Origin: Methylothermaceae bacteria B42
Lineage (GTDB): Bacteria; Pseudomonadota; Gammaproteobacteria; Methylococcales; Methylothermaceae
Reading direction: 5' to 3'
DNA length: 52,978 nucleotides
NCBI GenBank assembly: GCA_001566965.1
Contig: LSNW01000036.1
Location: 1-52,978, forward strand
Of the stretch, positions 44,355-51,921 are shown piece after piece. The notes beneath the pieces are model-generated. The model searched no databases and was not told the origin of the DNA. It worked only from the letters and a program-made list of their open reading frames with translations. Each line of letters begins with the position of its first letter. Positions within the stretch are counted from its first letter, which is position 1. Both the position numbers and the translations under genes were made by a program.

Positions 44355-44431
44355 CTGGTAACGCTAGCCGGATTCGAACCGGCTACCCATCGATTACAGA
44401 TCGATTGCTCTACCAGAATGAGCTATAGCGT
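44355..44431 (-). tRNA. tRNA gene with encoded CCA and non-canonical features: A1-U72 and A2-U71 in the acceptor, and anticodon loop UCUGUAA (anticodon UGU, Thr-like, with C at position 33)
   Basis: 77-nt perfect cloverleaf on the minus strand: acceptor AACGCTA/TAGCGTT, D-stem GCTC/GAGC, anticodon stem ATCGA/TCGAT, T-stem GCCGG/CCGGC with T-loop TTCGAAT, discriminator A, then CCA. Isotype is uncertain because U33 is replaced by C. The palindromic ATCGAT makes the loop register the only ambiguity. Confidence 0.8.
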
Positions 44432-44457
44432 TGGTCATGAGATGGATTCGAACCATC
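44432..44457 (-). ncRNA. tRNA 3'-half-like fragment (T-arm plus 3' acceptor strand) abutting the 5' end of the tRNA gene
   Basis: The minus strand reads GATGG-TTCGAAT-CCATC-TCATGAC-C, a consensus T-arm followed by a 7-nt acceptor strand and discriminator. No complementary 5' acceptor strand exists upstream, so it is not a complete tRNA. Confidence 0.5.
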
Positions 44458-44633
44458 GTAACCACGTCGGGAAGACGCTATCCATTCCGTTCTGCCAGAT
44501 ACGCCCAGACTCAGTGAGTCCGGCGTCAGGCTGGTATCCAGAACCAGCACCGCAAGACAGCCCGGAAATGAATTCCTGGGGGGTATCCCCCCACCAGCAG
44601 GCGGCACTGGCATTCGGCCGCCACCGGTATGTT

Positions 44634-45863
44634 TTATCCTTTGACACAAACCACCTGTTTCAGTGTGTGGACAATTTCCACCAAGTCCCGCTGGGCGGCC
44701 ATCACTTGTTCAATGGGTTTGTAAGCCGCTGGGGTTTCATCAATGACGCCCTCGTCCTTGCGGCATTCCACGCCGTCGGTGGCCAGCAGGTGCTGTTCCA
44801 GGGTGATTGCCTTTTTGGCCTCGGTGCGGGACATGACCCGGCCCGCGCCGTGACTGCAGCTGCAAAAGCTTTCCTCATTGCCCAGGCCCCGGACGATAAA
44901 AGATTTGGCTCCCATGCTGCCGGGGATGATGCCCATTTCTCCCTTTCTGGCGCTGACCGCGCCCTTGCGGGTTACCCAGACCCCCTGGCCATAATGCTGC
45001 TCCTTGCGGATGTAGTTGTGGTGGCAGTTCACCGCTTCCAGCGCCGATTCGAAAGTTCGTCCCAAGGCTTTGGCGATGACTTGCAGGGTTCTTCTCATCA
45101 TGACCTCCCGGTTGACCCGGGCGAAATCCTGTGCCCAGGCCACCGCGGCTACATAGTCAGTGAAGTGTTCGCTGCCTTCGGGCAAATAAGCCAGATCCTG
45201 GGCGGGAAGGTGAATGAACCAGCGCTCCATTTCTTTCTTCGCCTTTTCAATGAAATGGTTGCCTATGGCATTACCAACCCCTCTTGAACCACTGTGCAGC
45301 ATTACCCAAACTTGCTGGTTTTCATCCAGACACACTTCGATAAAATGATTGCCGGTACCTAGTGTTCCCAGATGTTTGATATTATTGGTGTTTTTTATGA
45401 ATCCATGCTTTTCCGTCAGGCGATTGAATCCCTCGGCCAATGGTTGCCAGGCGTCGGCTACATCCTCTGGCACCTCGCCCCAACTTCCCTTGTCCCGTGC
45501 GCCGCGCCGTAATTTTTTGGAGCGGCCGTGGGGGACCGCCTTTTCAATGGCGCTGCGCATGTTACCCAGATGATCTGGCAGATCACTGGTGGTAAGGGAA
45601 GTTTTTACCGCCATCATCCCGCATCCCAAGTCAACGCCAACCGCAGCGGGAATCACCGCGCCCACCGTGGGAATCACGCTTCCGATAGTCGCGCCTTTGC
45701 CGACGTGGACATCAGGCATGGCCGCCACCCAGCGGTGGATAAAAGGCATCCGGGTAAGATTCAACAGCTGTTGTCTGGTTTTATCGTCGCATGGCACGCC
45801 CCGGGTCCAGGATTTCACCGGAACCTGGGAATAGGCTTCATGCATTACTTCGTAACTGACCAT
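44634..45863 (-). CDS. rtcB: RNA-splicing ligase RtcB (3'-phosphate/5'-hydroxyl RNA ligase)
   Basis: 409 aa with RtcB-family His/Cys metal-ligand motifs (...DVHVGKGATIGSV..., CHHNY, GTGNHFIEV, and the SCSHGAGR region around the nucleophilic His). RBS AGGAGA. No rtcA is adjacent. Confidence 0.92.
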   Translation of the reverse strand: MVSYEVMHEAYSQVPVKSWTRGVPCDDKTRQQLLNLTRMPFIHRWVAAMPDVHVGKGATIGSVIPTVGAVIPAAVGVDLGCGMMAVKTSLTTSDLPDHLGNMRSAIEKAVPHGRSKKLRRGARDKGSWGEVPEDVADAWQPLAEGFNRLTEKHGFIKNTNNIKHLGTLGTGNHFIEVCLDENQQVWVMLHSGSRGVGNAIGNHFIEKAKKEMERWFIHLPAQDLAYLPEGSEHFTDYVAAVAWAQDFARVNREVMMRRTLQVIAKALGRTFESALEAVNCHHNYIRKEQHYGQGVWVTRKGAVSARKGEMGIIPGSMGAKSFIVRGLGNEESFCSCSHGAGRVMSRTEAKKAITLEQHLLATDGVECRKDEGVIDETPAAYKPIEQVMAAQRDLVEIVHTLKQVVCVKG

Positions 45864-45903
45864 GTGATTTTCTCCTGTAAAAAAAATCTCTCATGAGGGT
45901 AAC

Positions 45904-45919
45904 AGCATGGAGCGTGCCA
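45904..45919 (-). promoter_or_regulatory. Sigma54 (-24/-12) promoter upstream of rtcB
   Basis: The minus strand reads TGGCACGCTCCATGCT, with the GG and GC dinucleotides spaced exactly as in the consensus TGGCACG-N4-TTGCW. It lies ~40 nt upstream of the rtcB start and is divergent from rtcR. Confidence 0.7.
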
Positions 45920-46054
45920 AAAATTATTCAGGACCTATATTTCTTGTATGTTATTGAAACTGCGTTATTTTCTCCTGAAAAAGAAATTATGCTGGCAACC
46001 TGGATTCCAAACAGATAACATTTTCTGTATATAATTTTATAAATAGTTATAAAA

Positions 46055-47644
46055 ATGAATAATACCGTTGTAAGTATTTTGGGCCAGCGTCTGGATAATG
46101 CTGGATACGGCCAAAAACGCTGGTTGCGTTGGCGTCCTACTTTATCGCTACTCATGCACCATGAGTTTCCCGTGGACGAACTGGTCTTGATCCACCATCG
46201 GGAGGAACAACGCCTGGCGGATCTCACCATGAATGATGTCTTGCACATCTGTCCCGGCTTGAAGGTGACACCCTATGTTACCGACTTTCATGATCCCTGG
46301 GATTTTGAGCAGGTCTATGGCCAGCTCCATGATTTTGCCCACGACTATCCTTTCGATCCTGAGCGCCGCCAATATTATTTCCATATCACTACTGGCACCC
46401 ATGTTGCCCAGATATGTGTGTATTTGCTGACCGAGGCGAATTATTTCCCGGGCAAATTAATTCAAACCGCCCCGAGTAAAACCGGCCCTGACGGCGTTTA
46501 TCAGATTATCGACCTGGATTTATCCCGTTATGACAAGATCGCTTCCCGTTTCCGCCGGGAAGAACAGGAGGCTATTCGCCATCTCAAAAGCGGAATCGAG
46601 ACCCGCAACCGTGGATATAACCAGATGATTACGGAAATAGAGCAGGTGGCGGTACGGTCCACGGCGCCGATTTTCCTGACCGGTCCCACTGGCGTTGGCA
46701 AATCCCACCTGGCCAGGAAAATCTATGAATTAAAGCGGCAACGGGGCCAACTCACGGGACGTTTTGTGGAAGTTAATTGCGCCACCTTGCGCGGCGATAA
46801 TGCCATGTCTACTTTGTTTGGCCATGTGAAGGGCGCTTATACCGGGGCCGCCCGAGACCGGGCCGGATTGTTAATGGAAGCAGACGGCGGTTTGCTGTTT
46901 TTGGACGAAATCGGCGAGCTGGGGCTGGACGAGCAAGCCATGTTGTTGCGCGCCATTGAGGACCGGGTATTTACACCCCTCGGTTCGGATCGTGAGGTCA
47001 GCAGTCATTTTCAGTTGATTGCGGGCACCAACCGGGATTTGCAAGAGCGGATAAGCCAGGGACTGTTTCGGGAGGATTTGTTGGCCCGGATAAACTTGTG
47101 GCGCTACAGTTTGCCCAGCCTGCGGGAAAGATCAGAAGATATCGAACCCAATATTGAGTTTGAATTGCAACGCTTTGCCCGGGAACGGAACCAGAAGGTC
47201 AGCTTCAACCGCGCCGCCAAAGCCAAATATCTCGCCTTTGCCTTAAGCAACGAGGCCTTGTGGCGGGCTAACTTCCGGGATTTGAACGCCAGCATCACTC
47301 GCATGGCCACCCTGGCCACCAGTGGCAGAATCAGCGAGGAAATTGTGGAAAACGAACTTGCCCGCTTGCGGGCGGATTGGCAGGGTGGCGTCAGGCTTGA
47401 TGAAGACTTTGATTCCCTCGGGGCGTTGTTAAAAAAGGATGTTTATGAGCAGCTTGATCTGTTCGAGCGGCTTCAACTTGCCCAGGTTATCCGTATCTGC
47501 CAGCAAAGCCACAGCCTGGCCGACGCCGGCCGGAAATTGTTTGACAAAAGCCGCTTGCGCAGAAAAGCTGGTAATGATTCACAGCGTCTTCGGGCGTATC
47601 TCCAAAAATACGGTTTAGTATTTAAAGACTTGCAGCTAAGCTAG
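46055..47644 (+). CDS. rtcR: Sigma54-dependent transcriptional activator RtcR (N-terminal CARF domain, AAA+ sigma54-interaction domain, C-terminal HTH)
   Basis: 529 aa. The N-terminal ~190 aa resemble the RtcR CARF domain. AAA+ Walker A GPTGVGKS, GAFTGA-like loop GAYTGA, and ESELFGH-type region (STLFGH) are present. C-terminal HTH. Divergent from sigma54-promoted rtcB. Confidence 0.92.
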   Translation: MNNTVVSILGQRLDNAGYGQKRWLRWRPTLSLLMHHEFPVDELVLIHHREEQRLADLTMNDVLHICPGLKVTPYVTDFHDPWDFEQVYGQLHDFAHDYPFDPERRQYYFHITTGTHVAQICVYLLTEANYFPGKLIQTAPSKTGPDGVYQIIDLDLSRYDKIASRFRREEQEAIRHLKSGIETRNRGYNQMITEIEQVAVRSTAPIFLTGPTGVGKSHLARKIYELKRQRGQLTGRFVEVNCATLRGDNAMSTLFGHVKGAYTGAARDRAGLLMEADGGLLFLDEIGELGLDEQAMLLRAIEDRVFTPLGSDREVSSHFQLIAGTNRDLQERISQGLFREDLLARINLWRYSLPSLRERSEDIEPNIEFELQRFARERNQKVSFNRAAKAKYLAFALSNEALWRANFRDLNASITRMATLATSGRISEEIVENELARLRADWQGGVRLDEDFDSLGALLKKDVYEQLDLFERLQLAQVIRICQQSHSLADAGRKLFDKSRLRRKAGNDSQRLRAYLQKYGLVFKDLQLS

Positions 47645-47716
47645 GTAAGCTCTGACGGAGCGGTTAGGGGCAGCTTTAAATCTGATGTTACGCAATTTAC
47701 GGCAAAGACCGCGCTG

Positions 47717-47830
47717 TCACCCCCTCTCCCAGAGGGAGAGGGGGTTCAAGGCAGGGTTCGTCGCTCCCTCCACCGCTTGCGGGGGAGGGCCGGGGAGGGG
47801 GCTTTGTTTTGCCTGCGAGCCAATGAAAGG
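47717..47830. terminator. Bidirectional terminator region between convergent rtcR and M48 peptidase genes (two G/C-rich palindromes; the second is followed by a U-tract)
   Basis: CCCCCTCTCCC-aga-GGGAGAGGGGG (perfect 11-bp stem) and CCCTCC...GGGGGAGGG...GGGGAGGGGGCTTTGTTTT. Confidence 0.6.
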
Positions 47831-47894
47831 ATTCCTTGTCTGGTCATGTACTGTGTTTGAGCCTGACTGTGCGTAACCTCAGTATAAAGGCTTT

Positions 47895-49334
47895 TTAACG
47901 GGCGATACGCGCCGAAATCACCTGGGTTCTGACAGTACGCAGCCTTTTTGCGGGCAGGTTGCGTAGGCCCAGGTTGATATATCTTGTTCTGCCGGCCAGC
48001 AAAACGCCGAATAAACGGCGCTTGAATTGCCGACTGTGTCCTCTGGCGTCCTGGTATTGAACGGCAATGACGACGCCTCTCATATCATGCTGGGTTGGAT
48101 TGCTTATCTCGGCTTTCAAGCGCCCAAACAAATCCACGCCGGTTCTGAGGCGCAGGTATTGCCCGGGATTACCGCCGCGAGGATTAACCAGCGATTTGCG
48201 GGAAGATTTGCCGCGCCCAACAATACTACGCCAAGGCAAAAGGCAGTATCGGTGGGCGGCCAGGGTATTGTCCAGGTATTTGTTGAGCAGGGCGCGTTTC
48301 AGATAGTAATAGAAAAAATCGCCATTCAGGCGGATGGCTTTGTCGAAGTGTCTTTTGGCGGCACGGAAATTTTGTCTTTTCCCTTCGATATCTCCGAGCA
48401 GCGCGCAAAAATGGCCTTCCTTGGGTTCGATCTGGATGGCCTTATTGGCCAGCCTGAGCGCCTGGCTGAGATCGCCTTCCGCCAGAGCCTTCCGCCCCTT
48501 GCCATAGGCATCGTAAGCTGGTTTGACCCGTTTGAGATGGGCCAGTTTTTGTCGAAAGCGCTTAACCCCTATAATGCCGCCCTTGGGTAATGTCGCCGCG
48601 GTTCGCATGTTATTTTCCACCCGTTCCTGTGACGGCGGGTGGCTGGCAAGCAAGCCAGTCAACCAGTTCCGCCGGCGTCCCTTGGCCAGCTCGACAAAGG
48701 TTTTTTGCAAGGTGACCGCCCCCTGCGGGTCATAACCCGCCCTAGACATATATTTCATGCCGTAGAGGTCTGCTTCCCGTTCCGCGTCCCGGCCATATTC
48801 TGGGTTAGAAGCGCCGAGCCTAACTGGGCGCCCAAGGTTGCCAGCTGGGCATAATTGGAACCCTGGGTGCCGATGGCGGTCGCCAAAATCGCGCCTTTTA
48901 ACAACATGCCACGGGATAATTTGCGGGCGGTGTGTTTTGCTGCCGCATGCACGATTTCATGACCAAGCACGGCCGCCAGCTCGGCTTCGTTATTGAGTTC
49001 CGTCAGCAGGCCCCGGTTAATTGAAATCTTCCCGCCAGGCAGCGCCCAGGCGTTGGGAACGGAATTGTTGATAACCTTGAATTCATATGGTAAGCGGCGG
49101 TCGCTGACAGCCGCCAGCTTTTGGCCGATTTCGTTTACATAGGCGGTCAATTCTGGATCGGCCACATAATCCCCTCCCTGGATTTGCCGCATGGGGGCGT
49201 AATTTTTTTGCCCGATTTGCAGTTCAATGGATTCGGGAACCAACATTAGCTCTCTGTGACCTGTGACAGGATTGACCGCGCAGCCACCCAGGCAAATGGC
49301 AAGCAGAAGCAGGGAAAAAAGCAGATTTTTTCAT
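47895..49334 (-). pseudogene. M48-family Zn metallopeptidase lipoprotein (BepA/YcaL-like, HExxH plus C-terminal TPR) interrupted by two frameshifts
   Basis: HEIVHAAAKH (HExxH) lies in ORF 48755-49246. The conserved EYGRDAEREADLYGMKYMSRAGYDP continues in another frame (ORF 47895-48758), with the shift near 48795. A perfect lipoprotein signal (MKN)LLFSLLLLAICLGGCAVNPVTGHREL is only in frame with an ATG at 49332-49334 if a T6/A6 homopolymer (49326-49331) is one nt shorter. Confidence 0.7.
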
Positions 49335-49450
49335 TTTCGCAAGTCCAAGCAGTTATATTACCGAGCCGCTGTAGTTGAATGCGGTTAGCAGTCCGTTGAT
49401 TTTAGATGTATTTTTGAGTTACGTTGTGTTGATGTCAATACAGTCAGAAT

Positions 49451-49504
49451 GCCGCAAACCTTGTCGGACCGGCATTGCTGTGATATTGATCGGGAGGGGG
49501 ATTA
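49451..49504 (+). repeat. 54-bp direct repeat, copy 2 (degenerate copy of the nrdJ 3' end, intergenic)
   Basis: GCCGCAAACC-TTGT-CGGACCGGCATTGCTGTGATATTGATCGGGAGGGGGATTA. The 40-bp core is identical to 42617-42656; the 5' part differs by the substitution GTGC to TTGT. Confidence 0.85.
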
Positions 49505-49580
49505 AGGGCCTATTATGCGTTTGCCATTAAAAAGAGAGAAGCCGGCGCATCCTGCGCCGGCGGGAAGTTGAAGCGATTTT

Positions 49581-50258
49581 TTAATTACGGGGTTTTTTCC
49601 TCCATGACATTCCCGCAATGAGTCCGTAGGCGGGCAGCGCCATCACAAGGGCGGGCGGCAAGGGAACCGCCTGGGGGATGACAAAGTTATCCAATGAGGT
49701 TTCTTCGCAGCAACTTTTGGAAATAGGGTCAAACGGCTCGTTCCAGGTGATTTTGGTGATGGGGGTATCGCTAAGCACACCAATGAAAACCGGCGTTTGT
49801 TCCGTGGCCCCGGGAGGCACCGGGAATGGCCCCAAGGAATCCCCGTCTTTGAATTCTATGCTCAGCAGCCCGGGATTGGCGTCCGGGTCAAATGCCTCTA
49901 TATCAAAGCCAACGGCTTTGTGGGGCAGGGAAAAATGGATGTCATAGGCGGAAAAGGCCCCGTTATCTCCCCGTCCCTGGTTATCAATGGAGAATAGCTC
50001 TTTATCGCCGGTGCCTTGGAAAATTTCCAGGCGGTCCAGGTTGGTGGTGACAGAAATCCCCGGCAAGAATTCCACGCCCATCATATCGGTCCCGTTGGGA
50101 AAACTCTCGAAATCCTGGGTGTCTGTCGGTCCGCCCAAATCCGCCAGGAAAGAGGCGCGGTTTCCGTAAACGGTATAGGTTGCGGCATTTACCAAGGCAG
50201 GTAAGGTCATGGCGATCCCAAGACACGTAATCACTAAAAGATTTGCTGGTTTCTTCAT
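49581..50258 (-). CDS. PEP-CTERM-like sorting-domain protein, secreted
   Basis: Signal peptide MKKPANLLVITCLGIAMTLPALVNA. C-terminus AVPLPPALVMALPAYGLIAGMSWRKKPRN has a VPxP-like motif, a TM helix and a basic tail. Confidence 0.7.
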   Translation of the reverse strand: MKKPANLLVITCLGIAMTLPALVNAATYTVYGNRASFLADLGGPTDTQDFESFPNGTDMMGVEFLPGISVTTNLDRLEIFQGTGDKELFSIDNQGRGDNGAFSAYDIHFSLPHKAVGFDIEAFDPDANPGLLSIEFKDGDSLGPFPVPPGATEQTPVFIGVLSDTPITKITWNEPFDPISKSCCEETSLDNFVIPQAVPLPPALVMALPAYGLIAGMSWRKKPRN

Positions 50259-50289
50259 GATGATCTCCTGTGGTTAATTGGTTATGGTG

Positions 50290-50940
50290 TTATTCAGTAA
50301 ATTTTTTCAACTGACAACCTTCCGACATTTCCACCACCAGGCTCCAGTCATCCAGCCAGAAATTAGGGTTGGCGCCTGTGGAAAAATTGGTTACTTTCCA
50401 CTCAACGGTAACTTCGACGGTTTTGAAGTTATCGCTGTTGTTTTTTACGCACTGATGCCGGCTCATGGCGTGGCCTTCCCAAGATCCATCGCCTTCCGTT
50501 CCACCGTCGGTGCTATCAAAGGCAAAGGTATCTGGAGGAAACACCGAAGCTTTCGGCGCGCCTTCGCTGCCATCTATGAGAATCCTCACTTCGCACCAGC
50601 CGAAATCGGTTTTCCCGGCCAAATCTTTACAGCGCGATTCCGCGTCAAAACTGGCATTGACCAGTACCGTGCTGCGGGGTGGAATTGTCACTTTTGTCCT
50701 GGCGTGTTTTAAGGGAACGAACTTCCGGGAAGAGGTGGTCTGCGGCTTGGTGCTGCTGATGACCTGTTTAAAAAAATGCGCACCGGAAGTGCGGACTTCA
50801 TAATCCGATTCTTTCACCGGGGGCAAAATGATGACCGGAGGATCAAGCGGGTTTAATTGTGGTTCGTCAATCAGATTGACCAGGTTATCCCTGAGATCAG
50901 CCGAAGCAGGTTGGCCCAGGGCGGAAGAAAGCACGAACAA
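50290..50940 (-). CDS. Secreted hypothetical protein (possible N-terminal frameshift)
   Basis: 216-aa ORF whose N-terminus (L)FVLSSALGQPASA is the h/c-region of a signal peptide lacking an n-region. An out-of-frame ATG (MNREAF*) 28 nt upstream would give MNREAxLTTLFVLSSALGQPASA if one nt were added in a T4 run. Confidence 0.55.
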   Translation of the reverse strand: MFVLSSALGQPASADLRDNLVNLIDEPQLNPLDPPVIILPPVKESDYEVRTSGAHFFKQVISSTKPQTTSSRKFVPLKHARTKVTIPPRSTVLVNASFDAESRCKDLAGKTDFGWCEVRILIDGSEGAPKASVFPPDTFAFDSTDGGTEGDGSWEGHAMSRHQCVKNNSDNFKTVEVTVEWKVTNFSTGANPNFWLDDWSLVVEMSEGCQLKKFTE

Positions 50941-51324
50941 TGTGGTTAAAAGGCTTCTCTATTCATAACAGTCTCCTTTTTCATTGAGGTTGATGGTTCA
51001 ACTTCAGTCCTTTGCGGAATTAACGCATCCTTTCGTTAACTCAAGATAAGAAGACGTTGAAAACTATGAGTAATAAAAATTTTACAAAAATTCTGTGAGA
51101 TATTTGCTTGACAATCCTGGGCTTTCATGTTCTAGGGACTCACTTGGCTTTAATTGGCCATTACAAAAACGGTGCTCGAAGTTGGCGGGATTTATTCTCC
51201 TTGAACGGACCAAATTTTTTACGAGACTCTTATGCCTTAGGTTTCATGGCAAAAGGGATTGGCTTTTTTTACCTAGGGGCGGCTACACTACCATAAACAG
51301 GCAATCGGGGAAGGAAGGGGAATC

Positions 51325-51921
51325 ATGTCCAACAATTGTGAAGACTTCATCATCGCCGTGATGGCGAAAGACCGGCCTGGCATTATTGCCGCCATCGCCC
51401 AAACGGTGTTCGAGCTTGGCGGGAATGTGACCGAGTTGAGTCAAACCGTGATGGGCGGTTATTTTACTTTGATTCTTAGGGCCACATTGCCGGCGGAGCG
51501 GGAGGAAAACGTTATAAAGCAACGTCTGGAAGGGGACTGGCCCCAGTTAGGGCTGGCGGCGTGCGTGAGGCGTTACACGCCCGAGCGGTTGTTTGAGCCG
51601 GAATTGGATACCGCTGCGTATTTTCTGACCATGCAGGGCGGGGACCGCCCCGGCTTGATTGCCCGCATAACCCGTTATCTTGCCGGGCGGCAAATCAATA
51701 TAGAAGACCTTTACACCCGTACTGAAGGCGACGCCATTACCTTGATCTTGCAAATCCGTCCCCAAAACCGGCGGAGCGCGGAGCAATTGCGGGAGGATCT
51801 GGACAAGCTGGGCGAAGAACTGGGCATTCAAATTCATCTGCTCCACCAGGATATCCTCCGCGCCACCAGTGAAGTGGGTGCGATTCGCCGGATGGTGCGA
51901 CAAGGAGAGTGTCTGTCATGA
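51325..51921 (+). CDS. ACT-domain protein (tandem ACT, UPF0237/GcvR-like)
   Basis: 198 aa with two ACT-like repeats (IIAVMAKDRPGIIAAIAQTVFELGGNV and FLTMQGGDRPGLIARITRYLAGRQINI); translationally coupled to the downstream UPF0210 gene. Confidence 0.75.
   Translation: MSNNCEDFIIAVMAKDRPGIIAAIAQTVFELGGNVTELSQTVMGGYFTLILRATLPAEREENVIKQRLEGDWPQLGLAACVRRYTPERLFEPELDTAAYFLTMQGGDRPGLIARITRYLAGRQINIEDLYTRTEGDAITLILQIRPQNRRSAEQLREDLDKLGEELGIQIHLLHQDILRATSEVGAIRRMVRQGECLS

Noticed and set aside
44432-44530. Attempt to read the sequence 5' of the tRNA gene as a second complete (class II, Ser/Leu/Sec-like) tRNA
   Set aside because: It has only a consensus T-arm, a 3' acceptor strand and a discriminator. 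No 7-nt segment upstream can pair with TCATGAC even allowing G-U pairs, and no D-arm or anticodon arm could be folded. It is called a tRNA 3'-half-like fragment instead.
44418-45287. 289-aa plus-strand ORF overlapping rtcB and the tRNA
   Set aside because: It is antisense to the well-supported rtcB coding sequence and overlaps a tRNA gene. This is a typical GC-rich shadow ORF.
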